Of a stretch of DNA of 64,000 nt, positions 1-9,802 are shown piece by piece. Each line of letters begins with the position of its first letter. Positions within the stretch are counted from its first letter, which is position 1. The position numbers and the translations under genes were made by a program. The notes beneath the pieces were generated by a model that ran no database searches, was not told where the DNA came from, and saw only the letters and a program-made list of their open reading frames with translations. Source of the stretch: a virus (Duplodnaviria > Caudoviricetes); IMG/VR virus record IMGVR_UViG_3300021387_000299, positions 32,001-96,000 of that record; one strand, 5' to 3'.

Positions 1-1
1 T

Positions 2-88
2 CCTGCAACAGATATTCCTTTATTGGGTAGAACGGCAGCTGGAAATATTGCAATTAAAGATAAGATACAATCCATTTCAAAAGTATAA
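2..88 (+). CDS. 3' end of a gene, possibly type II topoisomerase/gyrase A C-terminal repeat (partial)
   Basis: Frame 2 reads PATDIPLLGRTAAGNIAIKDKIQSISKV-TAA; IP..GR...G resembles the GyrA/ParC beta-pinwheel repeat. Confidence 0.4.
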   Translation, partial: PATDIPLLGRTAAGNIAIKDKIQSISKV

Positions 89-106
89 AGAAAAGGCAGA
101 AATGTC

Positions 107-135
107 TTTTCTTTATATAAAAAATATGATATAAT
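107..135 (+). promoter_or_regulatory. sigma70/sigA-type promoter (extended -10), overlapping a terminator-like hairpin
   Basis: TGATATAAT with -10 at 130-135; weak -35 (TTTTCT) lies in the 3' arm of AAGAAAAGGCAGAAATGTCTTTTCTT. Confidence 0.55.
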
Positions 136-160
136 AAATATAGGATGAAGGAGAAAAATT

Positions 161-427
161 ATGCATAACATAAATTATACAGTTTATCATTGCAGTAAGA
201 CAGAAAAGCAGATTTTAAAAGATTTGAACAAATGGGCATATTGTCCAGAAGAAACAACTGGTTATCATGGCAACATTACTTTTCATAGAAATTTAGTTTT
301 TAAGAATGAGGATGAAGCCCGTGAAGCTATTGACAAATTGGATAAAGGCTGGTATGATGATCATGCTGTAATGTTTAAAGAAGGAAGAAAGAAATTTTGG
401 TTAGTAAAAACGGAATATCATAGTTAA
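161..427 (+). CDS. hypothetical protein
   Basis: AAGGAG RBS, 88 aa, TAA stop. Confidence 0.75.
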   Translation: MHNINYTVYHCSKTEKQILKDLNKWAYCPEETTGYHGNITFHRNLVFKNEDEAREAIDKLDKGWYDDHAVMFKEGRKKFWLVKTEYHS

Positions 428-429
428 AT

Positions 430-2430
430 ATGGAAGCAACTAAAGAAAAGATTAAAGAATTAATAAAAAAATTAAATGCAGCTAGTTATGCATATTACAA
501 TTCAGATTCTCCGATTATGAGTGATGAAGAATATGATTATAATTTGGAACAACTTCAAAAACTCGAACAATCGTCAGGATTCATTTTCTCCAATAGTCCT
601 ACTCAAGTAGTAGGAGCGCCGATATTATCAGAATTGAAAAAAGTTCCTATTACACCAAAACCAATGCTCAGTCTTGACAAGTGCCACTCCGACGAGGAGG
701 TTGCGGCATTTGCGGGAACTCACTCAATGATTGCGATGGTTAAACTCGATGGTTTATCCGTTCGCATCAAATATAATAATGGTAAATTGATGTCCGCAAA
801 CACCCGCGGTAATGGAGTTGAAGGCACTGATATTACTGAGCATATTAAGCAATTCCAAAATGTTCCATTAGAAATTCCATATAAAGGCGAGTTTATAATT
901 GATGGTGAAGCGATAATTAAAATTCCAGACTTTGAAGAAATTAATAAAAATGGTGAATTTAAAAATCCAAGAAATGCGGCAGCTGGCGCATTAAATGTTC
1001 TTGATACCAAACTGGTAAAAGATAGAAAATTATCTTTTATTGCTTGGGATATTATTAAACAATTAGAAATTAATGCTTTTGGCGATACGTATGGGGATTT
1101 AGTCTATTTAAGTGATAGATTAAATTTTGCGCAAACGCTTGGATTTGAATCAGTATTTTTTATTACAAATATCCCATTGGATGAAATTCATTCTGTAAAT
1201 AATATAATTATGTCTTTTAAAGATGAATATCCTTGTGATGGGGTAGTCTGGAAATATAATAATTGCGATTATGGAGATTCTTTGGGACAGACTTCCCATC
1301 ACTTTAAAAATGGTATTGCTTGGAAACCAGAAGTAGAAACAGTTGAAACAAAATTAAAATTTATTGACTGGACTATGGGTAGAACTGGAGCATTAACTCC
1401 AGTTGCAGTATTTGAACCAGTAGAGTTAGATGGCTCTACTATTGAACGAGCAAGTCTTCATAATTATAGCATAATGCGCAAAGTATTAGGTGATTGCGCT
1501 TATGTTGGTGAAAATTTAACTATTTTTAAAGCGAATTTGATCATCCCTCAAATTTTAGAGGCCGGCCCATTTTATAATTATGGTGAGATTGTCGCGGCCG
1601 GCGGCGTCTCCGCACATGATGAACTAGAGTATTGTCCAGTTTGTCATGGAAAAGTAGAATTAGTAACGTCTGCTGATGGCGTTACTAATTATGTCTGCAT
1701 GAATCCAAATTGCCAAGGCAAATTGGTTAATAAATTAGATCACTTTTGTGGTAAAAAAGGTCTTGATATTAAAGGATTATCTAACGCAACCCTTGAGAAA
1801 TTAATTGATTGGGGTTGGATTGAAAAAATTAGTGACTTATATAATTTAAAATCTTATCGGAATGAATGGGTTTTAAAACCTGGTTTTGGAGCTAAATCAG
1901 TAGATAAGATACTTGCGGCAATTGAAGATTCAAAGCAAACAGATTTAGAATCTTTCATATCGGCTATTGGAATTCCATTAATTGGTAGAAATGTAGCAAA
2001 GGAAATTTGCAAACATGTAGATAGTTATGATGATTTTAGACAATTGGTTAAAGATAATTTTAAATTCTATCAGTGGGATTCTTTTGGTCCAGAAAAATCA
2101 GAAAGTTTATTGGCTTATAACTATGAAGATGCTGATTATATTTCAACTTTAATTACTTTTAAAAAGGAAGTGGTTGTATCAACTATTTCAAATTCATTAG
2201 AAAATTTAACCATATGCATTACTGGAAAACTATATAATTATAAAAATAGGGCAAGTCTTCAAAAAGATATTGAAGATAGAGGAGGAAAGGTTTCCAGTTC
2301 AGTGTCTTCAAAAACTAACTATTTAATTAATAATGATAATACAAGCACTTCAAGCAAGAATTTAACCGCTCAAAAGCTAGGAGTAAAAATTCTTACAGAA
2401 GAAGAATTTATTCAAAAATTCTTGCATTAA
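430..2430 (+). CDS. ligA: NAD-dependent DNA ligase
   Basis: KLDG adenylation motif, TRGNG.EG.DIT, NPRNAAAG, zinc finger CPVC..C, HhH region, C-terminal BRCT (ITGK..SSSVSSKTNYL). Confidence 0.97.
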   Translation: MEATKEKIKELIKKLNAASYAYYNSDSPIMSDEEYDYNLEQLQKLEQSSGFIFSNSPTQVVGAPILSELKKVPITPKPMLSLDKCHSDEEVAAFAGTHSMIAMVKLDGLSVRIKYNNGKLMSANTRGNGVEGTDITEHIKQFQNVPLEIPYKGEFIIDGEAIIKIPDFEEINKNGEFKNPRNAAAGALNVLDTKLVKDRKLSFIAWDIIKQLEINAFGDTYGDLVYLSDRLNFAQTLGFESVFFITNIPLDEIHSVNNIIMSFKDEYPCDGVVWKYNNCDYGDSLGQTSHHFKNGIAWKPEVETVETKLKFIDWTMGRTGALTPVAVFEPVELDGSTIERASLHNYSIMRKVLGDCAYVGENLTIFKANLIIPQILEAGPFYNYGEIVAAGGVSAHDELEYCPVCHGKVELVTSADGVTNYVCMNPNCQGKLVNKLDHFCGKKGLDIKGLSNATLEKLIDWGWIEKISDLYNLKSYRNEWVLKPGFGAKSVDKILAAIEDSKQTDLESFISAIGIPLIGRNVAKEICKHVDSYDDFRQLVKDNFKFYQWDSFGPEKSESLLAYNYEDADYISTLITFKKEVVVSTISNSLENLTICITGKLYNYKNRASLQKDIEDRGGKVSSSVSSKTNYLINNDNTSTSSKNLTAQKLGVKILTEEEFIQKFLH

Positions 2431-2450
2431 GAAAAAAAATTATGTATAAT
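2422..2450 (+). promoter_or_regulatory. sigA-type promoter
   Basis: TTGCAT-17-TATAAT. Confidence 0.75.
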
Positions 2451-2476
2451 ATAATCGTAAAAATTAGAGAACAGAT

Positions 2477-2671
2477 ATGGCAAGCAAGTCGTTAAAAAAG
2501 AAAATTGCCCGCAAGATTGCGGAAGCGGAGCGAATAATTCAGAATAGTCGAGACAAGCGAGCTGTAGAGTCAGCAGAAGAAGAAATCGTAAATCTAACTG
2601 TCAAATATAATTTGGGATTAGAAGACATGATCGACATAGATGATATGGTTCAAGGAATCTTAAAAAATTAA
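2477..2671 (+). CDS. hypothetical protein
   Basis: 64-aa ORF directly downstream of a promoter. Confidence 0.7.
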   Translation: MASKSLKKKIARKIAEAERIIQNSRDKRAVESAEEEIVNLTVKYNLGLEDMIDIDDMVQGILKN

Positions 2672-2672
2672 A

Positions 2673-2701
2673 TTGACTTAAATAAAAATTTGTGATATAA
2701 T
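2673..2701 (+). promoter_or_regulatory. sigA-type promoter
   Basis: TTGACT-17-TATAAT with TGn extended -10. Confidence 0.85.
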
Positions 2702-2735
2702 TTTTACATAAAATAAAATAAAGGAGAACGGAATT

Positions 2736-3002
2736 ATGGCAATGAAGGAAAATTCAAAGAAAGTATTAATGTATCTTAAGGAACACAATGGAGAAGATTT
2801 AACAGCTGCTGATGTTGCAGAAGCACTCGGTCTTGATAAGAGATCTGTAGATGGAATCTTTACATCTGCTATTCAGCGTAAGAAGCTTGGTGTTCGTACA
2901 CCTGCTGAGATTGAGCTTGAGAATGGAACTCATAAAGCTATCAAGCTTCTTAGCTTAAACGAAGCTGGTATGGCCTTCGATCCTGATGCAGATGCTGAGT
3001 AA
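2736..3002 (+). CDS. winged-helix/HTH DNA-binding protein
   Basis: LTAADVAEALGLDKRSVDG HTH-like segment; AAGGAG RBS. Confidence 0.7.
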   Translation: MAMKENSKKVLMYLKEHNGEDLTAADVAEALGLDKRSVDGIFTSAIQRKKLGVRTPAEIELENGTHKAIKLLSLNEAGMAFDPDADAE

Positions 3003-3027
3003 TTAAGTTAATTCGTAGCTATAAAAT

Positions 3028-3064
3028 AGGGGTAGGTAAAAATTAATCTACCCCTTCTTTTTTA
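3028..3064 (+). terminator. intrinsic terminator-like hairpin
   Basis: AGGGGTAG...CTACCCCT followed by T-rich run. Confidence 0.6.
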
Positions 3065-3074
3065 AGGAGTAAAT

Positions 3075-4055
3075 ATGATTTGAGTTTTATTAATAATTAT
3101 ATTGATATTAATAGGTATAATAGTATTTTTATTTCCCAAACATAAACTAGATCAAGAAATAGTTCAAAAAAATAATGAACTCAAAGAAAATTTAACAAAA
3201 TTAACTGCGGATATTGCATCTGCGGAAACTGAAAATCGCGCATTAGAAAAACAAAAAGATTCACTCAATGCTGACATTGAAACAATTAGCGCACAGGCTG
3301 TGGCAACTACAAATGAAATTTATCAAAAATCATATGATTTAATGCAAGAAAAATTTTCTCAGTCTGCTGAACTTGCGGCAAAACAATACCAAGAGACAGA
3401 AGAAAAATATCAGCAAGAGTATCTAGCAATAATGGCAGATAGTGTAAAAAGATTTTCTGATACTATCGAAATGAAACAGGCTGAATTAACAACTGTTACA
3501 GAAGCATTGAATATTTTGAAAGAAAAAGCCAAAGCAGCTATTGCCGCAGATAAGAGAAGAGTTTTGGAAGAAGAAGAAAAAAATTACTATAAAATTTCTA
3601 TTTCAGAAAATGCATTAGCAGATATACAAATTTTAAGAGAGGTTATTAAACAATTAAAATGTGATCCATTACCTATTAATAAAGTTATATGGGAAGTTTA
3701 TTATAAAAATCCTACAACAAATTTATTAGGACGGTTAGTTCCTACTGGAACTACTCATATTGGTATATATAAAATTACTAATATAGAAACAGGACAGTGC
3801 TATATTGGTCAATCTGTTGATCTTCGTTCAAGAATTCGAGATCATATTAAAGCTGGTTTAGGTATTAATTCGTCAAATAATAAATTTTATTCAGAAATGA
3901 AAAATATTGGCCCAGAAAAATTTATGTACGAAATCATTGAAGAATGTCCAAAAGAACAGTTAAATGAACGTGAACGCTACTGGATCAATTTTTATGAAAG
4001 TACTGATTGGGGCTATAATTCAACTATTGGAAATAAGGATAAGAGAAATGATTAA
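3075..4055 (+). CDS. membrane-anchored coiled-coil protein with C-terminal GIY-YIG endonuclease; TGA(Trp) at codon 3
   Basis: AAGGAG RBS precedes ATG at 3075 (ATG ATT TGA GTT...), in frame with the 3102 ORF; MI(W)VLLIIILILIGIIVFLF hydrophobic helix; GIYKITN..YIGQS..R..H..LNERERYWI motif. Confidence 0.8.
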
Positions 4056-4314
4056 AATTATTGGAGAGCCTGGTTCAGGCAAAACAAGACAGCTTATGGA
4101 GCGCTGTCAATTAGAAGATGCAACTTTTGTTTGCAGGAATCCGGAAGCAATGAGAGTAAAAGCTCATTCTTATGGATATAATATCAATATTATATCTTAT
4201 TTAGATTTTTTACAAACTTCAAAATATAATAAAAACAATGCATATCTTGATGATATTGATGAATTTCTCCCAATGATCGGATGTAATTGTAAAGGATTTG
4301 GAGGTAATTTATAA
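4048..4314 (+). CDS. small P-loop NTPase-like protein
   Basis: ATG at 4048 overlaps upstream stop; GEPGSGKT Walker A; YLDDID Walker B-like. Confidence 0.65.
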   Translation: MIKIIGEPGSGKTRQLMERCQLEDATFVCRNPEAMRVKAHSYGYNINIISYLDFLQTSKYNKNNAYLDDIDEFLPMIGCNCKGFGGNL

Positions 4315-5126
4315 TGAAATTTGGAAATGTTTCAGTAAATAATTTTGAAGGTGCCTTTAGAGGAATGCGCAATCCATTAAATAGTTGGAATAAGTCTGAT
4401 AGTGAATTTGGAATATATGATTATGACTATGAAACAGACGTTTTGGTAGGCTTAAGATGGGCACGTAATAGATATCCAGATTTAGATGAAGATTCTATAG
4501 AATTCACAGAAAAGCATGAAGCAGCCACGAATTGGTTGAAAGAAAATCAAACGTTTAAAAATTCTTATGAGCCATTCTTTATAGGTGCTTATATTGGTCC
4601 AAATGATATGGATCTTGCTCAACGTTTATGCAAAGCTGGACCAGAACATCGCAAATTTTTACGTCAAATTCAGGTGTGTGTAGATATTATTGCTCCATTA
4701 TATTGGTGGAAAGAATTTGATACTTATAAGATTGGAACTGTAGCTAATTCTACATCAACAATGCATAAATTAGCCTCAACTTCAATTACTATTGATTGTT
4801 TTGAAATAAGTGATTATGAAGATCGTCTCCAGCTTATTGATCCAGCAATTATTGATGTAAGAGTTAATAGTTTCCTAGATAGTCTAGAACAATTACGCCA
4901 GTTGTATAATCAGACAAAAGACAAACGCTATTGGAAAGAATTAGTTCGTTGGTTGCCAAGTGGATGGTTACAGACTCGAACAGTTACATTGAATTATGAA
5001 AATTTGCGCAGCATCTGCGCGCAGAGGGAAAATCATAAATTGACTGAATGGCATCAATTTGTTGATTGGGTGCATACGCTTCCTTATGCAAACGAACTTA
5101 TTTTCGACCAAGAGGTTGCCTTTTAA
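4314..5126 (+). CDS. ThyX-like (flavin-dependent thymidylate synthase fold) phage protein
   Basis: HRKFLRQI, APLYWWKEFDTYKIGT..NSTSTMHK, NYENLR....QR..HKL.EW motifs. Confidence 0.6.
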   Translation: MKFGNVSVNNFEGAFRGMRNPLNSWNKSDSEFGIYDYDYETDVLVGLRWARNRYPDLDEDSIEFTEKHEAATNWLKENQTFKNSYEPFFIGAYIGPNDMDLAQRLCKAGPEHRKFLRQIQVCVDIIAPLYWWKEFDTYKIGTVANSTSTMHKLASTSITIDCFEISDYEDRLQLIDPAIIDVRVNSFLDSLEQLRQLYNQTKDKRYWKELVRWLPSGWLQTRTVTLNYENLRSICAQRENHKLTEWHQFVDWVHTLPYANELIFDQEVAF

Positions 5127-5144
5127 CAAAAAATTTGTTATAAT
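5116..5144 (+). promoter_or_regulatory. sigA-type promoter
   Basis: TTGCCT-17-TATAAT. Confidence 0.75.
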
Positions 5145-5175
5145 ATAATTACAATGATTGAAAGGTAATTTAAAA

Positions 5176-5526
5176 ATGAAAGATGAGTTTTTAAAGTTTA
5201 TTGATGATTTAATTTCACATGATAAGGATTATGCAGATAGTATTATGACAGATGATGTAAAAGCATACCTTGAAATCTTACGAACTGGTGAGGATGGTTC
5301 TAAGCCAGAAATTACAGACAATGGAAAAGTCGTTTTACAGTATATGCAAGATAATAATATTAAAATGGCGAAATCTAAAGATATTGCGGAAGGACTAGGT
5401 ATTTCTTCAAGAGCAGTATCTGGTACGTTGCGTAAGCTCGTTAATGATGGATTTGCTGAAAAAATTGGAAAAGATCCTGTAATATATACATTAAGCGAAA
5501 AAGGAAAGAATTATAAAATTGATTAA
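5176..5526 (+). CDS. winged-helix DNA-binding protein
   Basis: SKDIAEGLGISSRAVSGTLRKLVNDGFAEKIG..P..Y.L wHTH; ATG at 5176 after AAAGGT. Confidence 0.75.
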   Translation: MKDEFLKFIDDLISHDKDYADSIMTDDVKAYLEILRTGEDGSKPEITDNGKVVLQYMQDNNIKMAKSKDIAEGLGISSRAVSGTLRKLVNDGFAEKIGKDPVIYTLSEKGKNYKID

Positions 5527-5537
5527 GGAGAATTAAG

Positions 5538-6518
5538 ATGAAGAAATTATTAAATTCAGCAAGAATTGAAGGAATTTTGTATCAGCATAGCCTTGAACTT
5601 AAGGTTTCTGGACCGAATTCCAAAAAGCCAGGTACAGAGTTTATCTCTGGCACAATCGACATCGCAACAAATGATAAGAAAACAAATATTGTTCCAGTTC
5701 ATTTCACATATGTAACTGCGGTAACTTCAAATGGAAAGGAAAATGCAACCTTTGGAACATTGAAGAATATTATTGATGGAAAGATTGGTTGCTATACAAA
5801 TCCAGAAGTTGGAGAAAATGCGGCAAAGGTTAGAGTTGATACCTCAATTGGATTGAATGAGTTCTATTCTGATAGAAATGGTACAGAACAGCTTGTTTCG
5901 GTTAAGAGAAACGAGGGTGGATTTGTTCATGTAGTTCAGTCTATTAGTGAAAATGAAAAGCAGAGAAGTACATTCGAAGTTGATATTGTAATTGTTGGAG
6001 TTAGAGAGAAAGATCCTGTTGAAGATGAGAGCGGAAATGTTATTGCTCCTGCAAAAGCAATTATTGATGGCAGAATCTTCAATGATTTTAGAAAAGAAAT
6101 TTTACCAGTAGAATTATCAGCAATTAATCCAAAGGCAATTGATTACTTTGTTGGATTGGAAGCTACATCAAAGCATCCTGTATTTACTAAGGTAAGAGGT
6201 CAGATTGTTTCTGAACAGATTACAAGACCGATTCATGAAGAGTCTGCGTTCGGTGAAGATTTTGTTAGAGAGGTTCAGACTTCAAATAGAGATTATGTAG
6301 TTACATGGGCAGCTCAGGAGCCATATGACTTTGGTTCAGAAGAGGTATTGACATTTGAAGATCTTCAGAAAATGGCTCAGACTCGTGAAAATATGTTGGC
6401 AACGTTAAAGGCTCGTAGAGAGGAATGGAAAGCAAGTCAGGGCAATGCGATTGGTTCAGCACCTAAGGCTACAACTTCTACTCCTGCGGCACCAGCAGTT
6501 GACGAATTTAATTTCTAA
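5538..6518 (+). CDS. putative single-stranded DNA-binding protein
   Basis: Beta-rich body, low-complexity linker, acidic/aromatic C-terminus (DEFNF), located in the replication operon. Confidence 0.5.
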   Translation: MKKLLNSARIEGILYQHSLELKVSGPNSKKPGTEFISGTIDIATNDKKTNIVPVHFTYVTAVTSNGKENATFGTLKNIIDGKIGCYTNPEVGENAAKVRVDTSIGLNEFYSDRNGTEQLVSVKRNEGGFVHVVQSISENEKQRSTFEVDIVIVGVREKDPVEDESGNVIAPAKAIIDGRIFNDFRKEILPVELSAINPKAIDYFVGLEATSKHPVFTKVRGQIVSEQITRPIHEESAFGEDFVREVQTSNRDYVVTWAAQEPYDFGSEEVLTFEDLQKMAQTRENMLATLKARREEWKASQGNAIGSAPKATTSTPAAPAVDEFNF

Positions 6519-6530
6519 TAGGGGGTAATT

Positions 6531-7502
6531 ATGGCGATAAATTTACTTAACTTACAACCTCATAAAGTTTCTCGTGATTTATCTGGCTATATTACCTATG
6601 TATATGGAATTCCGAAGGTAGGTAAAACTACCTTCGGGTCACAGTTCCCAGGTGCACTTATCCTTGCTTTCGAAAGAGGTTATAATGCATTACCAGGTGT
6701 TATGGCTCAAGATATCACAACTTGGGGCGAATTTAAACAGGTACTAAGAGAATTAAAGAAGCCAGAAGTTCAGGCGATTTATAAATCAATTATTGTAGAT
6801 ACTGTAGACGTTGCAGCATCGCTTTGTGAAAAATATATCTGTAATCAGCTTGGTATTGAAAATATTGGTGATGGCGGCTGGAGCACAAACGGTTGGAGTA
6901 AATATAAGAAAGAATTTGAAGACTCTTTCCGAACAATTACTCAACTTGGATATGCAGTTTGCTTTATTTCTCACTCTGCTGATAAGACCTTTAAGCGCAA
7001 AGATGGAACTGAATATAATCAGATGATTCCAACAGCACAAAGAAGCGTAAATGAAATTGTTAAGGGTATGGCAGATATTTATGCTTGCGCAGATATTGTA
7101 AATGGAGAAAGAAAATTGATTCTACGTTCTCTTGATGGAACGGTTGATACTGGGTGTAGATTTAAATATATTGAACCTGAAATTCCATTTAGCTATACAG
7201 ATCTTGTCGAGGCTTTAAACAAGGCTATTGATAAGGAAGCAACAGAAACTCAGAATAAGTTTGTTACTAATGATAGAGTTACTGAAGTAATCGCTCCAAC
7301 CTATGACTACGATGCGCTCATGAATGAATTCCAGCAAGTAACTGGAGACTTGATGAGAAAAGATATGTCAAACGGTCCAAAAATTACTCAGATTGTCGAT
7401 AAGTATCTTGGTAAGGGTAAAAAGGTTTCTGAAACAACCAGAGATCAAGCAGAATTTATCAACTTAATTGTCGACGAAATCAAAGATACTCTAATGAAAT
7501 AA
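6531..7502 (+). CDS. AAA_24/Sak4-like ATPase (recombination)
   Basis: YGIPKVGKTT Walker A, IIVDT Walker B, FISHS motif. Confidence 0.8.
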   Translation: MAINLLNLQPHKVSRDLSGYITYVYGIPKVGKTTFGSQFPGALILAFERGYNALPGVMAQDITTWGEFKQVLRELKKPEVQAIYKSIIVDTVDVAASLCEKYICNQLGIENIGDGGWSTNGWSKYKKEFEDSFRTITQLGYAVCFISHSADKTFKRKDGTEYNQMIPTAQRSVNEIVKGMADIYACADIVNGERKLILRSLDGTVDTGCRFKYIEPEIPFSYTDLVEALNKAIDKEATETQNKFVTNDRVTEVIAPTYDYDALMNEFQQVTGDLMRKDMSNGPKITQIVDKYLGKGKKVSETTRDQAEFINLIVDEIKDTLMK

Positions 7503-7509
7503 TAAAACG

Positions 7510-7554
7510 AAGTCAAGCGCAGAGCTTGACTTTTTTATTTTATTATGATATAAT
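7510..7554 (+). promoter_or_regulatory. terminator hairpin fused with sigA promoter
   Basis: AAGTCAAGC..GCTTGACTT + T-run; TTGACT (7526-7531)-17-TATAAT (7549-7554). Confidence 0.8.
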
Positions 7555-7571
7555 AATATAAAGGAGTTAAT

Positions 7572-8096
7572 ATGGCTCATTATGTAAAGTGTAGAATCTG
7601 CGGCGAGCGTTTTGATACTGATGTTGAACCAACTGAAAAGCATGGTAAAACTTGGTATGCACATAAAAAATGCTATGATGAACGAGAAGCCGCAAAAACC
7701 CAAGAAGAAAAAGATCTTGACCATTTAATGGAGTATTGTGCTCGACTATATGGAAAACTTTTTAATTATAACCAAACATTAAAACTGGCAAAATCGTACC
7801 ATGAAAAAAATAATCTATCTTTTTCTGGTATGGAACGAACTATGAAATATGTATATGAAATAAAAAAAGAGCCAATAGAGAAAGGTAATGGCTCTATTGG
7901 AATAGTTCCATATATGTATGATAAAGCATATAACTACTGGTATTCAATTTGGCTCGCAAATCAAAATAATGAAGTAAAAATTTTAGAACGATATGAACCA
8001 AAAGTAATTGAAATCAAAATACCAGAGCCTATGCGCAAAATAAGAAAAAGAAAATTATTTACATTTTTAGATGAGGAGAGTATAGATGGTGAGTAA
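7572..8096 (+). CDS. zinc-finger protein, putative helicase loader/replication accessory
   Basis: CRIC...HKKC; overlaps start of dnaB-like gene. Confidence 0.55.
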   Translation: MAHYVKCRICGERFDTDVEPTEKHGKTWYAHKKCYDEREAAKTQEEKDLDHLMEYCARLYGKLFNYNQTLKLAKSYHEKNNLSFSGMERTMKYVYEIKKEPIEKGNGSIGIVPYMYDKAYNYWYSIWLANQNNEVKILERYEPKVIEIKIPEPMRKIRKRKLFTFLDEESIDGE

Positions 8097-9615
8097 ATAT
8101 ATAGATACTACTGCAATTGTTCAAGTTATTGGAAGCGTATTTATAAAACCACAATTACTTGATGAAACTGATAAATATGTAATTACAGAAGAAGATTTTG
8201 TTTCAGATTTTCATAGAGTTGTATTTGGTGCAATTTATAAAGTATATGAACTTGGCGCAGAATCTGTTACAATAGAGAATGTATGCGATTTTTTATCAAC
8301 AAAACCAAAAAGTCAGGCTGTTTTTACAGTAAATAAAGGAGAAGAATGGCTAAAAAACATTTCAGAAAAAGCTCTTCCTTCTGCATTTGATTTTTACTAT
8401 AACAGAATGAAAAAGATGACTCTTTTGAGAGCATATGATTCATATGGTATTGATGTAAATTTCATTTATAATCCAGATGAAATTGATACAAAGAAACTTC
8501 AGCTTCAAGAAGAACAACTTGATAATATGAGTTTATCTCAAATTGCCGATAAAGTTGATGCAATTGTAGATGCGATTCGTCTTGATTGTGTAAGTGACAC
8601 TTTTGGAGATACTCATCAGGCTGGAGAGGGTATTGATGCTCTGATTGACCGATTAATGATGTATCCAGAAGTTGGTTCACCATTATATGGCAAGTTTATC
8701 AATAGAGTTACTCGCGGCGCAAGACTTAAAAAATTCTATTTGCGTTCTGCGCCTACTGGAGTTGGTAAATCTCGTTCAATGATTGCCGATTGTTGCTATA
8801 TTGGCGCCGATATGATTTATGATGATATGCTGGGTTGGATTGGAAATGGTATTGCAGAGCCTTGTCTATATATCTCAACCGAGCAGGAATTAGAAGAAAT
8901 TCAAACCATGATGCTTGCTTTTTTATCTTCAGTAAATGAGGAACATATCATCAATAATCAATATGAAGGTGATGAAGTTGAGCGTGTGCGCAAGGCCGCA
9001 GAAATTTTAAAAAGATCTCCAATATATGTAGAAGAGTTACCAGACTTTTCACTTCAAGATGTTGAAGATAAAATTAAAAAAGGAATTCGAGAACATGGAG
9101 TAAAATATGTATTCCATGATTATATTCATACTTCAATGAAGATTTTGGAAGAAGTTACTCGTCGTTCAGGCGGTGTAAGATTAAGAGAAGATAACGTATT
9201 ATTCATGTTATCTATCAGATTAAAAGATATTTGTAATAAGTATGGAATTTTCATTGAATCCGCAACTCAGTTAAACGCAGATTATCAAGAATCAGAAACT
9301 CCAGATCAAAATTTGCTTCGTGGTGCAAAAGCCATTGCGGATAAAATTGACTATGGTAGTATTCTATTACCAGTAAATCAAAAAGATTTGGATTCACTTG
9401 ATACTCTTTTAAAACAGAATATCTATGAAAAACCTAACTTGAAATTATCTGTTTATAAAAACCGTAGAGGTCAATATAAAGGTATTTATCTTTGGTGCAA
9501 GGCAGATTTGGGAACTTGTAGAGTCAATCCTATGTTTGCAACGGATTGGCGCTATCAGTTAATTGAAATGGATGATTATCAAATTAAAGTAGAGCCAGGG
9601 GCATTTGATGATTAA
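8086..9615 (+). CDS. dnaB: DnaB-like replicative helicase
   Basis: SAPTGVGKS Walker A, FHDYI, ATQLN, LRGAKAIADKID, KNRRG motifs. Confidence 0.9.
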   Translation: MVSKYIDTTAIVQVIGSVFIKPQLLDETDKYVITEEDFVSDFHRVVFGAIYKVYELGAESVTIENVCDFLSTKPKSQAVFTVNKGEEWLKNISEKALPSAFDFYYNRMKKMTLLRAYDSYGIDVNFIYNPDEIDTKKLQLQEEQLDNMSLSQIADKVDAIVDAIRLDCVSDTFGDTHQAGEGIDALIDRLMMYPEVGSPLYGKFINRVTRGARLKKFYLRSAPTGVGKSRSMIADCCYIGADMIYDDMLGWIGNGIAEPCLYISTEQELEEIQTMMLAFLSSVNEEHIINNQYEGDEVERVRKAAEILKRSPIYVEELPDFSLQDVEDKIKKGIREHGVKYVFHDYIHTSMKILEEVTRRSGGVRLREDNVLFMLSIRLKDICNKYGIFIESATQLNADYQESETPDQNLLRGAKAIADKIDYGSILLPVNQKDLDSLDTLLKQNIYEKPNLKLSVYKNRRGQYKGIYLWCKADLGTCRVNPMFATDWRYQLIEMDDYQIKVEPGAFDD

Positions 9616-9802
9616 ACGAAGAAAAATGCACCCAGAACCGCCCAAATGGTTTCATTTAGACAATGATTGCTGTTGGTGGTGTAAAAAGAATTATTCGTCT
9701 TGTAGCGGATGCGGCAGAATGCGAAAACGAATGAAAACTAAAAGGAGTATTGAACGTGATAAATTACGACAAGCAAGAAATAAAGGATGCTTTGACTACT
9801 AG
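9605..9802 (+). CDS. small basic Cys-rich protein
   Basis: CCWWC....CSGC cluster; fills the gap between helicase and primase, overlapping both. Confidence 0.5.
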   Translation: MMIKRRKMHPEPPKWFHLDNDCCWWCKKNYSSCSGCGRMRKRMKTKRSIERDKLRQARNKGCFDY

